This document shows, piece by piece, positions 25,256-39,970 of a stretch of 64,000 nt of DNA. This DNA is from Octopus sinensis (taxonomy: Eukaryota). Position numbers and translations under genes: made by a program. The first letter of the stretch is position 1, and the number at the start of each line of letters is the position of its first letter. Location: NCBI RefSeq assembly GCF_006345805.1, contig NC_043000.1, forward strand, positions 122,326,001-122,390,000, in the 5' to 3' direction. The notes below the pieces were generated by a model. That model ran no database searches, was not told where the DNA came from, and saw nothing but the letters and a program-made list of their open reading frames with translations.

Positions 25256-28200
25256 CTAATGTAACATATAATATATATGATCGTTGCAGAAAATGTTTAG
25301 GCGTCTGTTTTTATGTAAGAATTTGCGTCAGCTTTAAATTGTTTCTTTTCACTTTATACTCACATCTTTCATTGGTACATGTAGATCTTTATAGTTAAAT
25401 GCGTTTAGAAACATTTCACAGCGGAGAATTAATTTACATAAGATATTCAAAGCCAACAGACTACTGACAGGCGTAAAAAAATATCATGAATACTAGCGCT
25501 GCTCTCAAAGCAGTAATGCCCCAGAAGAATTATTTCAAATATGTAGCACAGCGTTCTAATTGCTATTCCAAAATCACTGACGTTTGAAATTATAGATATA
25601 TGACATTACAGTTTCTGCTCTTCAGGTTTTTTTTTTTCAATCTGTATCTCTACATTAGAAATATATGTTCTACGCTACACCATGATACCTCGGGCAATGC
25701 ACTAAATAATGCATATCCAATTGAGTGATGTCAAGACGTGCATATTTTTTTTAATGTATTACTTCTTTGCTTTCTTATTTCATAGTATTCCCTCATGAGT
25801 AGGAAGGATGTGTTAGTCATTTCATTATTGTATATCGGTCAGGTCTCAAAAGATAAAGCAAAATCTGATAAATTGATAAGTTATCTTCTATGGATTGAAT
25901 ATACTTGTAGAAAATACTGAATTAAATATAAGGATATTTTCATGAAATGACAGTCAATATCCATAGATTTTACTACGCATTTTTAGTTGTCTTTCTGTAA
26001 CATATATTACGCTTCTATCTTTCTTAGCCGTGTAGTCACTTGTGGAAATGCTATTGGTTCAGTTATTGCCGCTTGAATACAATGAAGCAAAATTAATTAT
26101 ATAGAAAAGATTTAGTAGGCGACCCAGGAATGACCTTTTTCAAACGGTTTTATTTCTAAAAGAACAACTGATTTTTCCTTCTTGAATCTTACTGATAAAA
26201 GGTCAAAAATTATATATACATATATGTGTGAGGGAGGAGGGTGTGATCGTGCGTACATGAATATATTGTAATTCACTCTTATCTTTTTGTTTCATAAGCT
26301 TTATCATTTTGACGCCAACATTGCAAACCATTTGAAATTCTGGCATTATCTTTACTGGCAGATTAATTCCCTTCATGTGGTTTATCATTTTGCTTCATCT
26401 GCGAATAACTTCTGAAGAACATTCCAATTTAACATCACTGATAAAACAAACGATAAAATTTACGCTTCCCTGAGTAAATATAATAGTAATTTATGTTTCG
26501 GTAGGTTATTAGCTCTACTACAATGTAAATAGATCCAGCGCACAATAGTTGTCACTCTATCAGGCGATAAAAATAAATAATAGAGGACGAATTAACACCG
26601 ACCATATGTAATCACCTCAGCGAAGCTAGTGTAACGTATGTAATACTTAACATATGCTTATAATTGAATTAATTCAGTTTGTTTTTTCTATTGTTCTACC
26701 GAAGTCCGTGCATATTAAAACATTCCTGCCTTTTGGATGCATGAATAATTCCATCCCTGTAAGCAAATATAATGCATATCATAATTACTTGTAGTAAACG
26801 AACATCGTGCTTTTTATGAAGAAATGGTAAATGCTCCTAGAAGAAAAATGTCGGCATAACGTCGTATCGCGTCACCGAAGATATCAAAGCCGAAAAGACA
26901 TTACAGCAAAAACGTTATTTCGATCACGTCACCTCCGGAATATTACCTCAAAAGATCACCACACAAGCATTTTCTACTCAAAAACGATTCAACAACACAA
27001 CTGTATAACGATTCCACGAGAACATCAAAAATATTGAAATATCATCCTTACAATATCGTTATTATAACATCATTTCTACGGTAGTATCTCCAAAGCGTCG
27101 CCTTCTGAAGGTATTTCGGTGAAAATACCCCCATATCACCTATAAAATATTATGAATATTGCCACGACGACCTCAACTACTTATCCACACGACACATATA
27201 TTATCTTTTAGATATTCCCAATGCATTACTTTCGCTGTATCATCTTCACAAAATACTCGCTTCAAAGAGCGGTACACAATAGAAGCTGTGTTTAACTGTT
27301 GCAGAAGAGATAAATTTTAATGGATTATATTCAGTTAGAAGGAAAATGGGATACGTTGATGACGTAGTTCAAGAGAGCCTTTTGTCTTTTCTGAAAATCT
27401 TTTCATCAATGAAAGGCATCACCCCCAAACCGTCTACAAAAATACAATATTAACAGTAGAATATGGATGTATAGTAAATAATATTGATTTTAAAAAATTT
27501 TCTTTTTTTCCCAAGTAAATGTATATATGTGCTAGAAACTGAGATTTGATTTTACCTTTGGTAGGGAATATAGGATATAGAAAAAATTAGGAGGGGGAAA
27601 GAAGGAGTTAGAAGAGATCTCTTTTCATGACTTACGCCGAGCTTTCCACGGTGAATTCAAACATCTTATATTGAGAACAAAAATTTATTGTACATACGGT
27701 ATTAGATTTTGTCATATAGTAATATTGTTTCAATTGTTATTGCTGTATCTTAAAAGAAAAGAGTGAGAGTATTGCTTCCTGAAATATATTTATGTTACCC
27801 AACGAGAGTATAGAAAAATGATCTCTTTTAAAATACGTATAACTGTCACACAAGCAATAATTCACCTCGCAACTGGATATGAAAATGGTCTCATAATGTA
27901 AGCTAACAAAATAAGAACCAATTTCTTTGTTTTTTTTTTGTCATATTGGAAAAAAAAACTCATACATTTAGAATGCAGAAATAGTCTGAGGTATGATCAT
28001 CCATATTTCTCTTAGAAATGTTATAAATCAGAATCAATGAATTTAACACTGTATTGAAAATATGAGGGAAATTATAATAATCTCTAACTTCGAGGTCAAA
28101 GAACTGGACGTAAAGAATTGGAAGAAAATCTGTAGTACATTTATTCCGAATTTTCAATTTTTGAGCTCAAATCTCGTCGAGTTCAATAACTGTAATTAAT

Positions 28201-28650
28201 CGATTAACCCCTTTCAAAAATTTCAAACTTTGTGCTTGTGTATGAAACAATTGTAATTATTATTCGGCACTTCTTCCAGCATTTTACATTTTTAAGTTCA
28301 TATGCCGCTAGGATAAGCTCTACATAACCTCTGTCAGGGTTCGTAAAATAAGACACCAGCGGGGTCGATAATGACAGGTATACCCCACTTTCAAAATTTA
28401 CTGGCTTACAGCATCGCCTTTCTGTTTTCGGGGTCGATAAAATAAGTATCAACAGAGTACTATGGTCGATTTGATCCACTTTCGATTTCCCTCAAGACTG
28501 CTGTTTTTAACTAATACAATTTCTTGATGCTAAATCCATTCCTGCAACCTCAGACACCTGGGGACCTTCTTATGATTCTTCTTGACTCTAATAAACAAGC
28601 TCCTGTTTTTAAGTATTAGGGTTAACTCTAGGATTATATTATCTCTAGGG

Positions 28651-28883
28651 AAGGCGGCGAGCTGGCAGAAACGTTAGAGCGCTGGGCGAAATGCTTAGCG
28701 GTATTTTGTCTGTCGTTACGTTCTGACTTCAAATTCCGCCAAGGTCGACTTTGCCTTTTATCCTTTCGGGGTCGATAAATAATGTACCAGTTTCGCACTG
28801 GGATCGATGTAATCGACTTAATCCCTTTGTCTGTCCTTGTTTGTCCCCTCTATGTTTAGCCCCTTATGGGTAGTAAAGAAATA
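28651..28883 (+). mobile_element. SINE family B, full length, with a perfect 16-bp TSD
   Basis: TATATTATCTCTAGGG at 28635-28650 and 28884-28899. Confidence 0.92.
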
Positions 28884-31109
28884 TATATTATCTCTAGGGT
28901 TAACTCTAGGATTGCATTATTTAATATATCCTCTCTTTATTGAATGCAACAGGATCATTTTTGCAGTATATTTGGCTACTATGTCTAGCAGACTATGTAT
29001 ACATCATCCACTATAATATGAGTCCGTATGTCCTGTATTCGACAATATTAGATATTCATCATTCCATATTGAGATATTTATGAAATACTATAGCCCATAT
29101 TTCGTTACTGTTTTTACTTTCTGGGGTTCCTTAAACTGAAATAACAATTGCGAATGATAATTAGAAGTTATAAGTAATGCTGTTCTTAAATAACGTAACG
29201 AAATGTAATTTAACAGCCAATGCCTTTGGTAACGCTAACCTTAATATATTCCACGTGAAGATATATCATATTGAATTTCGATGCAGTTCTCAGAATCAGT
29301 TAAGTACCGGATTAAATTCCTTACTGAATTTAATCTAGTTCCTCGAGGCTCTCTGCTCAAATATTGCTAAGATTCATGAAACAGATTAATAATATTGTAC
29401 TGCCTTCCAAATAGGTGATTACATTTCCATTCTGCTAACAAGGCAACCTGTGGGTAATCGTTCTGCCTACTAGGATACCTGTGGGCAAACTTTCAACATG
29501 AGTACATATAGCAGTCTGATAGCCCTCAGAATGCTCATTAGAATAATATGGTAAATTTTTAAAAATTCTATACGATCCATATGCAAAATACATGATTGAA
29601 AACATGATCGTTATAGCTGGAACATATTTTTTATTAGGTCCAGATAACCTAAAACCTAACATAAGACCACTAACATCCACAAAAGAATACCTTAAGTACG
29701 GAATACACACGATAATCCGTTTGTATCTATTTGGTTTGCTATTTATATTATCCTAATCTCATTGATATCACAACCTACCTTCTTAAAATTAAGATGGATG
29801 CTTTAGATAATGTTATCCTAGATGCTTTATGTCTGAACTTCCAATGGGGAACTCATGATTGGAATGTGTACGGCTTTAGATCCGCTCAATCTAGCATCTT
29901 ATCTAAATCTCAAGTCGAAAAGAGTAACGACCAATATTAACAAATTCTACGAGTACGAACCAGCAACAAAACCAAAACTAACCGTACGACATTCTTTAAA
30001 TTGTACACCAATTCTTCTGAAACACTCACAAAGAACCTTGTGTCATGCCATCTTAAAAATTCTTAATCTAAATAGAAGACAGAGTGATGACGTCTAAATT
30101 CATTTGATAATTGGTCTGGTCGAATAAAATAGTAAAAAACTTGGAAGAGATCATTTAAGCATCAAGATTTTTGCATGGATAGGCGTGGTTTGAGACCCAT
30201 TATCGATGATGAAATAACCAGAGAGAAGTGAGTCAGGTGGGCTTCACTGGAGATGACAAGAAGCTAAACAGCTCCACTGAATAGGAAGCAATCTATCACC
30301 GATAGAGTGAGGATACAGACTGTGAGGACAGCCGTGTGTGTGCTAGAATTGGAAGTTTATTGGTGAATGACTTCATTCTCATCAACATATATTTGTGTGC
30401 ATAAATGAGTGAGTATTTGTGTAGGTACATGTAGGCGAATATATGAGTATGCCTGTGTGTAGTGGCGTAAAAGGGCGTTTATAATTTCGCCCTTTCGATA
30501 AAACGAAAATTAACGTAAACTTTTGGTTAACAGAAATTATTCAAATAAGTACTAATGTACAATACATATCAGAATCTATATTAATGTCTAAAACATTCAC
30601 AGTGATACCCCCAGCATGGTCGCACTTCCAATTATTGCTAAATAGAAGGAAAAAAAAGAATTCAAATAGCGTTAAATCAATATCGAACTCCGAAAGAGAA
30701 TGGGATAGTTATACACCATCATTGAATAGAGCTAATACTTATCGTAACGTACGGAAACAGAAATTTTAAAGTGGGATAGTGAAAATATCAAGAATGTCTC
30801 ATAAGGTGTCAAATTTTGGAGAAGATAGATTGCATTCAATAAAATAATTCAGAAAACCTCGAATATATTGAAGGAAGTAATGGTCATATTAATTTGATGT
30901 TTGAAAACTTCAGAATTTTCCGCAATAAATAGTTAAATGTATAATTTTCTTTACCGATAAAGTGGCTGAAGTTGCAAAATTCATAATTCTTAAACAAAAC
31001 ATATTCTCGATGTTAAAATCAAATAATCGGTAATGCGATAATCATTTCAAATTCACATTCTTTACGTTGAATCGAGCGAAAAAAAAATACAGGAGTAAAT
31101 ATGGGTGCG

Positions 31110-31167
<58 letters not shown>

Positions 31168-32094
31168 TATATATATATGTACACATTATATACATAAATA
31201 TATATGAATATATGTACGTATGTATATATATATGTATATATATACACACACATATATATATATATATATATACACACACATATATATACATATATATATG
31301 CATATATGTACGTATGTATATATATATATATATATATGTATGTATACACACACACATATATATATATACATATATATATGCATATATGTACGTATGTATG
31401 CATATGTATACACACACGCAAACACACACACATATATATATATGTACACACATACACCCACATACAAACATACATACATACATACATACATACATACATA
31501 CATACATACATACATACATCAGGCTATTAATATAGTGTTTTGGAAACGTACCCTGTCACTTAGATGTTTTTAAGACATTCATTAATATTTGACATTCGAT
31601 ATTCGATTAACGTTTATACTAGGAAAGGAAATGATGATATCCCTAAACGTTTAAGACGTAAAAAAACAAGCCATATGATTGACTTGTAGAATGAATGATT
31701 AATTAATTGATTGTTTGATTTTAGATGAGGGAAGATCCTCTTTACGTCTTCCTTTTTGTTTGAGCGATGATATCTGATTATGATAGAATACACACTTTAT
31801 ATGTCCGCCTCTCTCCAATATGACAACGATAATGGTGACAACTCAAAAGCTGACAGCAAGCAAGTGGTAATGGAAAATGTATTAGAAAACGAAAAAATAT
31901 TACAAGAGAAATATAATCACATTAAACGCTTCAAATATAGGAAGATACCGTGTAATAATTCATGACTTCCCACAATTCGGATACCATAAACTTGGGGAGT
32001 TTTTAGTTGTTTTCCGTGATAAATATCCCCAAGATAATTGTCAGGCTTATATTTATGAACCAATAACCAAATATCCCTTCTCTATCTGCTTCTG

Positions 32095-32470
32095 TAATGC
32101 AGCAGCATTGGCACTCCGTCGTTTACGATGACGAGGATTCCAGTTGATCCGATTAACGGAACAGCCTGCTTGTGAAATTAACTCCACAGACACGTGTACC
32201 CGTAACGTAGGTCTCGGGGATATTCAGCGTGACACAGAGTGTGACAAGGCTGGCCCTATCAATTACAGTTACAACAGAAGCAGGAAGTAAGAGTGAGAGA
32301 CAGTTGTGGTTAAAGAGTACAGCAGGGTTCGCCATCATCCCCTGTCGGTGCCTCGTGGAGCTTTAGGTGTTTTCGCTTAATAAACACTCGCAACGCCCGG
32401 TCTGGGAATCGAAACCACGATCCTATGACCGCGAGTTCGCTGCCCCAACCACTGGGACATTGCGCCTCCA
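32095..32470 (-). mobile_element. tRNA-derived SINE family D
   Basis: Head tggaggcgcaatgtcccagtggttgggg with B-box ggtttcgattccc; head and core shared with 44935-45119. Confidence 0.85.
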
Positions 32471-32574
32471 TTGTAATGCAGTAGTCAGTGCAGCAATCTC
32501 ACGATTCAAATTTATTGCTGGCAATATAATGATGGTAAGTTCGATCTTCATTTGGAGTGCAATGAACTTATACG

Positions 32575-32860
32575 TGCTGGTATGGCTGAGTGGTTAAGAA
32601 TTTCGCTTTGCAAGCACTGGTTTTAAGTTCAATATCGCTGGGCGTGTGTCTTGCACTATGGCTACAGGCAATAGAAAAGACTGTACGTAAGTACGTGTAT
32701 ATGTTAGTGAGTGCGTGGGGATGTGTGTGTGTGTGTGTGAATATGTCTGTTGTACGTCTTTATATTTGTTTACTACCACATGAGAATCGGGGTTGGTGTG
32801 TTTACGTCCTGTATAAGCAAAAATACCCGATATAATAAAACTTAGAAAATAAGTAAAGCA
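32575..32860 (+). mobile_element. Degenerate family-A-like SINE
   Basis: ggtatggctgagtggttaag head, gtgtcttgcactatggc body, GT tract, ggtgtgtttacgtcc segment. Confidence 0.55.
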
Positions 32861-32924
32861 GTGATTTTCATCGGTTTAAAAAGGATGAGGCCTCCAATTG
32901 GCTGGATACAAATTTAGAGCATAA

Positions 32925-33900
32925 TTAAAAACATTTCGATCTATTCCATCTCAATTCCAGATATTTAAATTAATTTTTGTTAACTAAACAGTTTGAAACT
33001 TCGAATGCTGGTACAATTTCTCACGTAGAACACGGTTTATTCGGAACGTTTTGGACAAAATTTCGTATTTTAGAAGTTATTTCGTGTTAAATTGCCGTCG
33101 TCGGGTAATTTGAACCAAACAACGACGTAGAAGATACTGCTGTTTACGATAGTAATGGAAGAGGAACAACTTGTGGGTCATCTGTACTAAATATTACCAC
33201 TCTATTCGAAGAATCAACACCATCGAAGAATCACCACCAAAAGGAAGAAATATTATTTACATATAAGGATTTGTCGCCCGTCATCGGTATCTTATCCACA
33301 CATAAAGCGCGCCAGTGTTTAAGAGACTTCTAGAGCAACGAATCCAATGCTAGCTTTTTTGTTGTTGATGTATATGTATGCTTTATTTTACAACTATTAT
33401 TATTATTATTGTCATGATTTTATCTTACTATGATCAACAACAAATATATTTCGCCAATATAAAAGTATTTATTACATAAAAAAAATAACATCAAAACATG
33501 AAGGTAAAACAAACCAAATATTGGCTTATACCGGAAAATACGGTAACCGTAGTGGCAGTGAAAAGTTCGCTCACTGGTTGCTAGTTGATAGTGTAGAAGG
33601 GAAGGAAAGAGTAAGGAATGCACAGTGCTGACTAGAAAAGAAGAAAGGATAAAGGTGGCATCCTCTTCGCTCGCCATACGAATAGAACAGAGTGGTGACA
33701 TTTAGTAGTGAGAACCCTGAAGCTGTTCCTCTTCCATTACTATCGCAAACAGCCGAGATTTTATCAACAGCTTTAAGAGTAAATCGTATTCTAAATGAGA
33801 AATTCTACCAGTAGTTTTGGAGTTTCAAACTGTATAGTTAAAAAAAAAATTAATTGGATAGTCTCTGAGTGAGATGGAATAGATCCAAACATTTAATACT
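32925..33900. mobile_element. Foldback/MITE-like element with long imperfect inverted arms
   Basis: atctattccatctca, acagtttgaaact and ctgtttacgatagtaatggaagaggaaca in 32925-33215 have reverse-complement partners in 33678-33900. Confidence 0.75.
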
Positions 33901-35518
33901 TAGGACACCACGATGGAACGGACAATACAAAAGAATTTTAAAAAACACATTTAAATAATTCCTTAGATCACATACAATATACCCAACAAAACTGGACCAG
34001 GTCGAAGGAATATAAAAGTACTATGAGCTAGGGAGATGGAGCATGAGGAAATTATAAGGTTGTCGTATTCGGGTAAAGGTTTAAATCAAAAATACAACAA
34101 TCACATGTTGGAACTCATTAACGAATTACAATTTTACGAAGATACTTCCCGAAGACAAATTACGATGAAAAGGCACAGGCATCGTCATCACAAATTAATC
34201 GGAAAAAAATCCACAAACTTTAATATTACAAAATATAATTTAAATTGTATATGCATGTGTGATTGTAGTTACAACAGAGGATGGATACCCTGTCAGAACT
34301 TCACTTACACAGATTTAAAGACACACGAAGCAGCATGGAAAACGAACAAAATAAATGACGAAAGCCTACAGCTGAAAAGAATGAAAGCAGATGACGCAGA
34401 TATATGTATTAAACAGTTAATAAATGAAATATAAGAATTCCCGAGACAAATGGTTCTCGGTGAAGCACAATGAATCTGCAGGCCTGAAAAGCGTCAAAGT
34501 TCGATTTCAAGAGAAACAGTGTTAAAACATAATAAAACACTCACAAAAGCAATAGCAGGAGTAAAGCATTCATGGAGAGAAATATGGACAGAGACAAAAT
34601 GTGTGTGTGTGCTTGTGTACCATGCAGATTTTTCTACGCATTGCAAACATAAAAATAAAAAAAACAGACAAGACGCTACGAAAACTAAGTTGGAGGCTGC
34701 AAGAAGTGTAAATATCCCAAAAGTTTTATTATAAGGTTGCATAGATGCTTAACAAGATTGAGGAAAAGTAACAAATCAATGACCCATAACCTGGCTTTCT
34801 ACAGCTTACAAATACGTAACGCAAAATTTATCACCACATCTGTCACAAACAACCTAATACTTCATAAAAAGAAAGGAACGCTGCAAAACCTCACATGAGT
34901 ATATATTTTTATTAATGATCAACCAATTTATAACTACAAACTTGATCATGGAAAAGGAGGATCTAAGCAATATATTAAATGCCTACCGGAAAATTTCTCT
35001 GGTGGCATAGTTTAATTGAGTCAGACATGGCATGGCGATACATAAAAAATTAAAGCATATCTGAGAACGAATATTATATATTATTAATCAAATATATAAA
35101 CGCTAAAGGTAAACAACGGGTAACTGAAAAAATAATCCAGCTATACCTGATATGAGTTAATGGTCACAACAAGTCCACATCAGAAAAAAAAACATGTCTG
35201 CTTTTGGAGTAAAACACACGAAGTCTAACACAAGAATATACTACTTACTACGAAAACATGGATGTAGTGGCCATCGGTAACTAATCGGATAATGAAGCAT
35301 TTTTACTATATCAATAAAATGTGATACTGTCGTTTTATTTTTGTATCTTTATTTCAAAGTGAGCGGTAAGAGGAACATATAGTGAGGTTAATTATTTTTG
35401 CTATTAAGACGAAGAAAGGAAAGAGAGAACTTAAAAATTTTTTTGTTAATGATTTCAAAACATCTGTGCTGTTGAGAAGATAGGTTCTCAGCCAATTCAT
35501 GTGTGTGTGTGTGCGTGT

Positions 35519-35561
<43 letters not shown>

Positions 35562-35942
35562 TGTCTGTGTGTGTGTGTGTGTCTGTGTCTGTGTGTGTGT
35601 GTGTGTGCTTGCGTGTATGCCAAGCTAAATGAAAGAAGCTACCAGTGGAGTCAATTATGGGTGTCTTCTTATTACCTAACTGTAAGAGAAATTATGCAAC
35701 CATCTTTGTAATGATTACCCATGGCATATTATCATTCCATAGTGTAAAACGCATAAAGTCTATGTAATTTGTAACGTAATAATAAAAGATTTCGTTACAA
35801 CCCAACAACCATTTTAAATCTGGTCTTTCAAACGTGCACGCTTTTTTTATTTTAATTAACGAGTCAAACCAAGTGAATGACAAGAGAGAGAGAATTTCAT
35901 GAAAGACCAAATATGCTTGATTATCACTAAAGCCGACAGCTA

Positions 35943-35986
<44 letters not shown>

Positions 35987-36070
35987 GATATAGGATAAAA
36001 TTTTTTTCCCGAAAAAAATTTTATCAATGGCCAGCATATCAAAAAATGCATTTAAAGGTAAAATTTATAC

Positions 36071-36234
36071 ATAATTTACAAGATAAGGGCAGAAGAGAAA
36101 TTCTAATGCCAGATACGCCGAAACAAAAAAATTGTCGATAACCATTAAATTTAAATTTAATGGCTATGGACATTTTTTTTGTTTCGGCGTATCTGGCATT
36201 AGAATTTTTCTTCTGCCCTTATCTTGTAAATTAT
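36071..36234. repeat. 164-bp near-perfect palindrome (82-bp arms, no loop)
   Basis: Centre 36152/36153 (aaattt|aaattt); about 4 mismatches and no indel by manual comparison. Confidence 0.95.
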
Positions 36235-36748
36235 ATATATATATATATAAATTACAGAGGGGGGGGGGCACTAAGTAGTGACAAGTAAAACTGAAATGTT
36301 ATCAGTGCGAATATGCTTGAGGCACGTTCGTAACTATAAACAAGCTACTCACTGCGTCTTGTAACAGAAAATATATCCCGTCTGTTGACAAATGATGTGT
36401 ATACACCTAGATCAGCTTGCAGCGCCACCTACCCAGACGGTGAGGTGCAAGCATTTCGGAGAGGGCAAGAAGCGCTACTAGCTGATTGAAGAGACTGACT
36501 CTCTGATGTTTTTGCCAGTTGCATACATATGTAGGCATGAGTGTACGTATGTATGCACATGGAAAGCTAGATGCCTAGCAAAAGTATGAATTTGAAATAT
36601 TCGTTACATTAGTTTAAAGCGCAGCTAAGGGTATCATGTTGTATTATACCCCAGTACTTAAATAATATCTTTAATTTGGCCTAAAGAACCCGAGGAAAGA
36701 TCAGTAAAAGTTTTGTCCAATGTACTCATCGTCATGCAGACATGTATT

Positions 36749-37156
36749 CTCTTTTACTTGTTTCACTCATTTGACTGCGGCCATGCTGGAGCACCACCTT
36801 TTAATCGAGCAAATCGACCCCGGGACTTATTCTTTTGTAAGCCCAGTACTTATTCTATCGGTCTCTTTTGCCGAACCGCTAAACAACGGGAACATAAACA
36901 CACCAGCATCGGTTGTCAAGCAATGCTAGGGGGACAAACACAGACACACAAACACACACACACACGTATTATATATATATATTTACATATATACGACGGA
37001 CTTCTTTCAGTTTCCGTCTACCAAATCCACTCACAAGGCTTTGGTCGGCCCGAGGCTATAGTAGTAGACACTTGCCCAAGGTGCCACGCAGTGGGACTGA
37101 ACCCAGAACCATGTGGTTGGTAAACACGCTACTTACCACACAGCCACTCCTGCGCC
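36749..37156 (-). mobile_element. SINE family A, full length
   Basis: Reverse complement of 47841-48234. Confidence 0.92.
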
Positions 37157-37834
37157 TCTATAGATAACTTTTATTGTCACTGCTGTGTACTTGGCTTCCG
37201 ATCACATAACAAGTAATATTTCTGACGTAACAATAAGATATCACATTCACGATGTATTCATCCACGCTTAAAGAAAGCCTTAGATTCAAATAAAGATGAC
37301 ACAATTACCAGATAATCATATATCGCAAATAAGAAAGGTTAGTCATCTTTATCGATAAAAATGTATATACCCAGAATACAATCCAATTATAGCCCCTAAA
37401 TATAAGAGCCTCTTCGATTCTATTGGAATTTGTTTATGACAAAATACAAATTCTAGAATCACATTCTTTCATTATTTATATTACCAATGCTTGTATATAT
37501 TTTTTCAATATTACATTAATATTTTTAACTGCTGCTCATGTTGCTGCTGTCGTTGTTGTGGTTATTGATATTGAGGTTGGTGAGGTAGATGAAGGTGAAG
37601 ATGACACTGATGTTGATGATAAGCAAGAGAAGGGGTTGTATGACATTTAATAAAAGGCTTATAAAGCAGATATATTTCCCTGATCATATGAAGATATCTG
37701 AATTTTCTGATCCTATGCAATATTGAAGATGGGATAATTTATATATATATATATGTATGTATAATTTATATATTTATATACATATATATATGTATGCATG
37801 CATGATGTATATATATATACACATACACACACAC

Positions 37835-37881
<47 letters not shown>

Positions 37882-38509
37882 TGACATACATACATGGGTG
37901 TGTGCATGCATGAGATCTGGAAGGGTGAGTGAGGGTACGTTAACCTGTAAGGAAAGAACAATTGAATAGCAAACATAAGGAGATATGCAACAAGAGGTAG
38001 CTAGGGTTCATTCTTTCACACACAAGCACACACACACATACACACACATATAGACACACACACACATATCTGTACGTATATATGTGTATGTACATATGTA
38101 AATATATATGTATTTATACACATACACACAATCCCCCATTGTGCCAGGAATGCTGTATTCTAGGCAGTTGACTCGGTAGATATATCAAGATTCACAATGA
38201 AATGAAGACAATAGACATTTAATCAATATTATATGCAATGCCATATATTGAATCTTTATGATTTCATATTTTCTCTTTTTCCTTACTTCAGAAATATATC
38301 TTGTGATGAACAATCACCAAATGTCTTCTATAGATTTATCTTGACATCTACATACGTACAAAATATATATCACACATGCTATGCAATATTTCATGCACCA
38401 TATCACGTAAAAATATTCCCCTCGCTCCCCAATAGAAAGCAGCGTGCGTGTCCTGTATGTGTCTATATGGATACGTAGTATATATGTATGTACATATATA
38501 TATATATAA

Positions 38510-38595
<86 letters not shown>

Positions 38596-38725
38596 TACAC
38601 ACACATAATCATGTCCGTGCGCACACACACGTATACACACGTATATATATTCACTGATTATACATGTATATATATGTATATATATATATATATATTATAT
38701 ATATGCATGTATGTATAAATGTATA

Positions 38726-38799
<74 letters not shown>

Positions 38800-39839
38800 C
38801 ATATATATTGTTTACTGTTAAATGTTCTCTTGCATATCCATCGGCTTAGGTCCTCAGTAAATTAAGCACAGCGTTATTTAAGATTATATAATATCATATT
38901 AAATATAATTACACAGATATATACTTATATATATATATATATATATATATTGAACTATATTACGCACAACCACAAATGTATTTATAACAACATTCGTATG
39001 GGAGACACATTTTATGAAAGCTGTTGTGTTTCAGTTTCAATCGATTCCAGTGTTTCGGAGACATGTAATATATTGATCATTTGAGAGGTGAAAGACAATT
39101 TGACTTCTGTGCCTTTTGAACACAGAATTACCTAAATACAATAAGATATTCTATCTGATATTTTTCCTGCTACACCTGCAAGCTTCAAACGGCGATATAA
39201 TGACGTAATGTACACAATAGCCTGTATATATAAATTCGCATAACAAATACAGACACAAAAAGTAGAGATACACTTCATTTCACGCAAATCACTGCTGGCA
39301 TAAATAATTACATGCTCAAACCGGACGCTTCAACAATTACACATAAATAACACATAATCACTTATAGGAAGGAACATTAATAGATTATCACAGCTCATTA
39401 ATACATAAATACATAATCCCTTATATGACAACATGCAAATACCAAAGTCGAAAGAATACAATTGGCAGAGCTAATCTGAAATTAGATACATCTCTCATAG
39501 TTTTATGGATGGAATTAAATTACAATGTTTTCATTGTTAATTTGGTCAGCGACACCTAATCCTCTATGCTTCACTTCATTCAAATAGGCAAAAACAGATA
39601 TTATATATCATTTTGATGAGAATATTATATTATTAATACTGTCCACCTCGAAACTAGTCCTGATTAGGCATATCTATCATCAGTTTAATCCATCCTGTTT
39701 CGATTATCTTGTCAATTTGGAGGTAAGTCTAGACCTAGGCATTATATATTAAGCCCTTTTCTTTCCCATGGTAGGAGAATGTGATATGGGATAAAATTGA
39801 TTCTTAGTTCTGTTAGGTCAGGTATTTGTATAAAGGGGC

Positions 39840-39970
39840 TTTGGTTCGTTCGGTGAATGCCCAAGCTCGTTTGATAGAATCGGAGCAGAGACGACTGTCC
39901 GCAAGAGCGAGGCCCGCCAGTCAGTGAGGCTGTCCAGGCGCATCTCCCTTGCCATTCTCCAGGAATGTTT
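39840..39970 (+). mobile_element. Short fragment resembling the C-terminus of a CRE-like RLE retrotransposon
   Basis: GC-rich island reading FGSFGECPSSFDRIGAETTVRKSEARQSVRLSRRISLAILQE, like the G..G..A..F.....L.QR.S.AI.RGN motif of CRE-clade elements (recalled). Confidence 0.45.

Noticed and set aside
26830-27300. CpG-containing stretch with a hint of ~30-bp periodicity
   Set aside because: No consistent repeat unit could be aligned manually.
29400-30110. Possible decayed LINE RT (GPDNL...)
   Set aside because: Too many stops and no second diagnostic motif.
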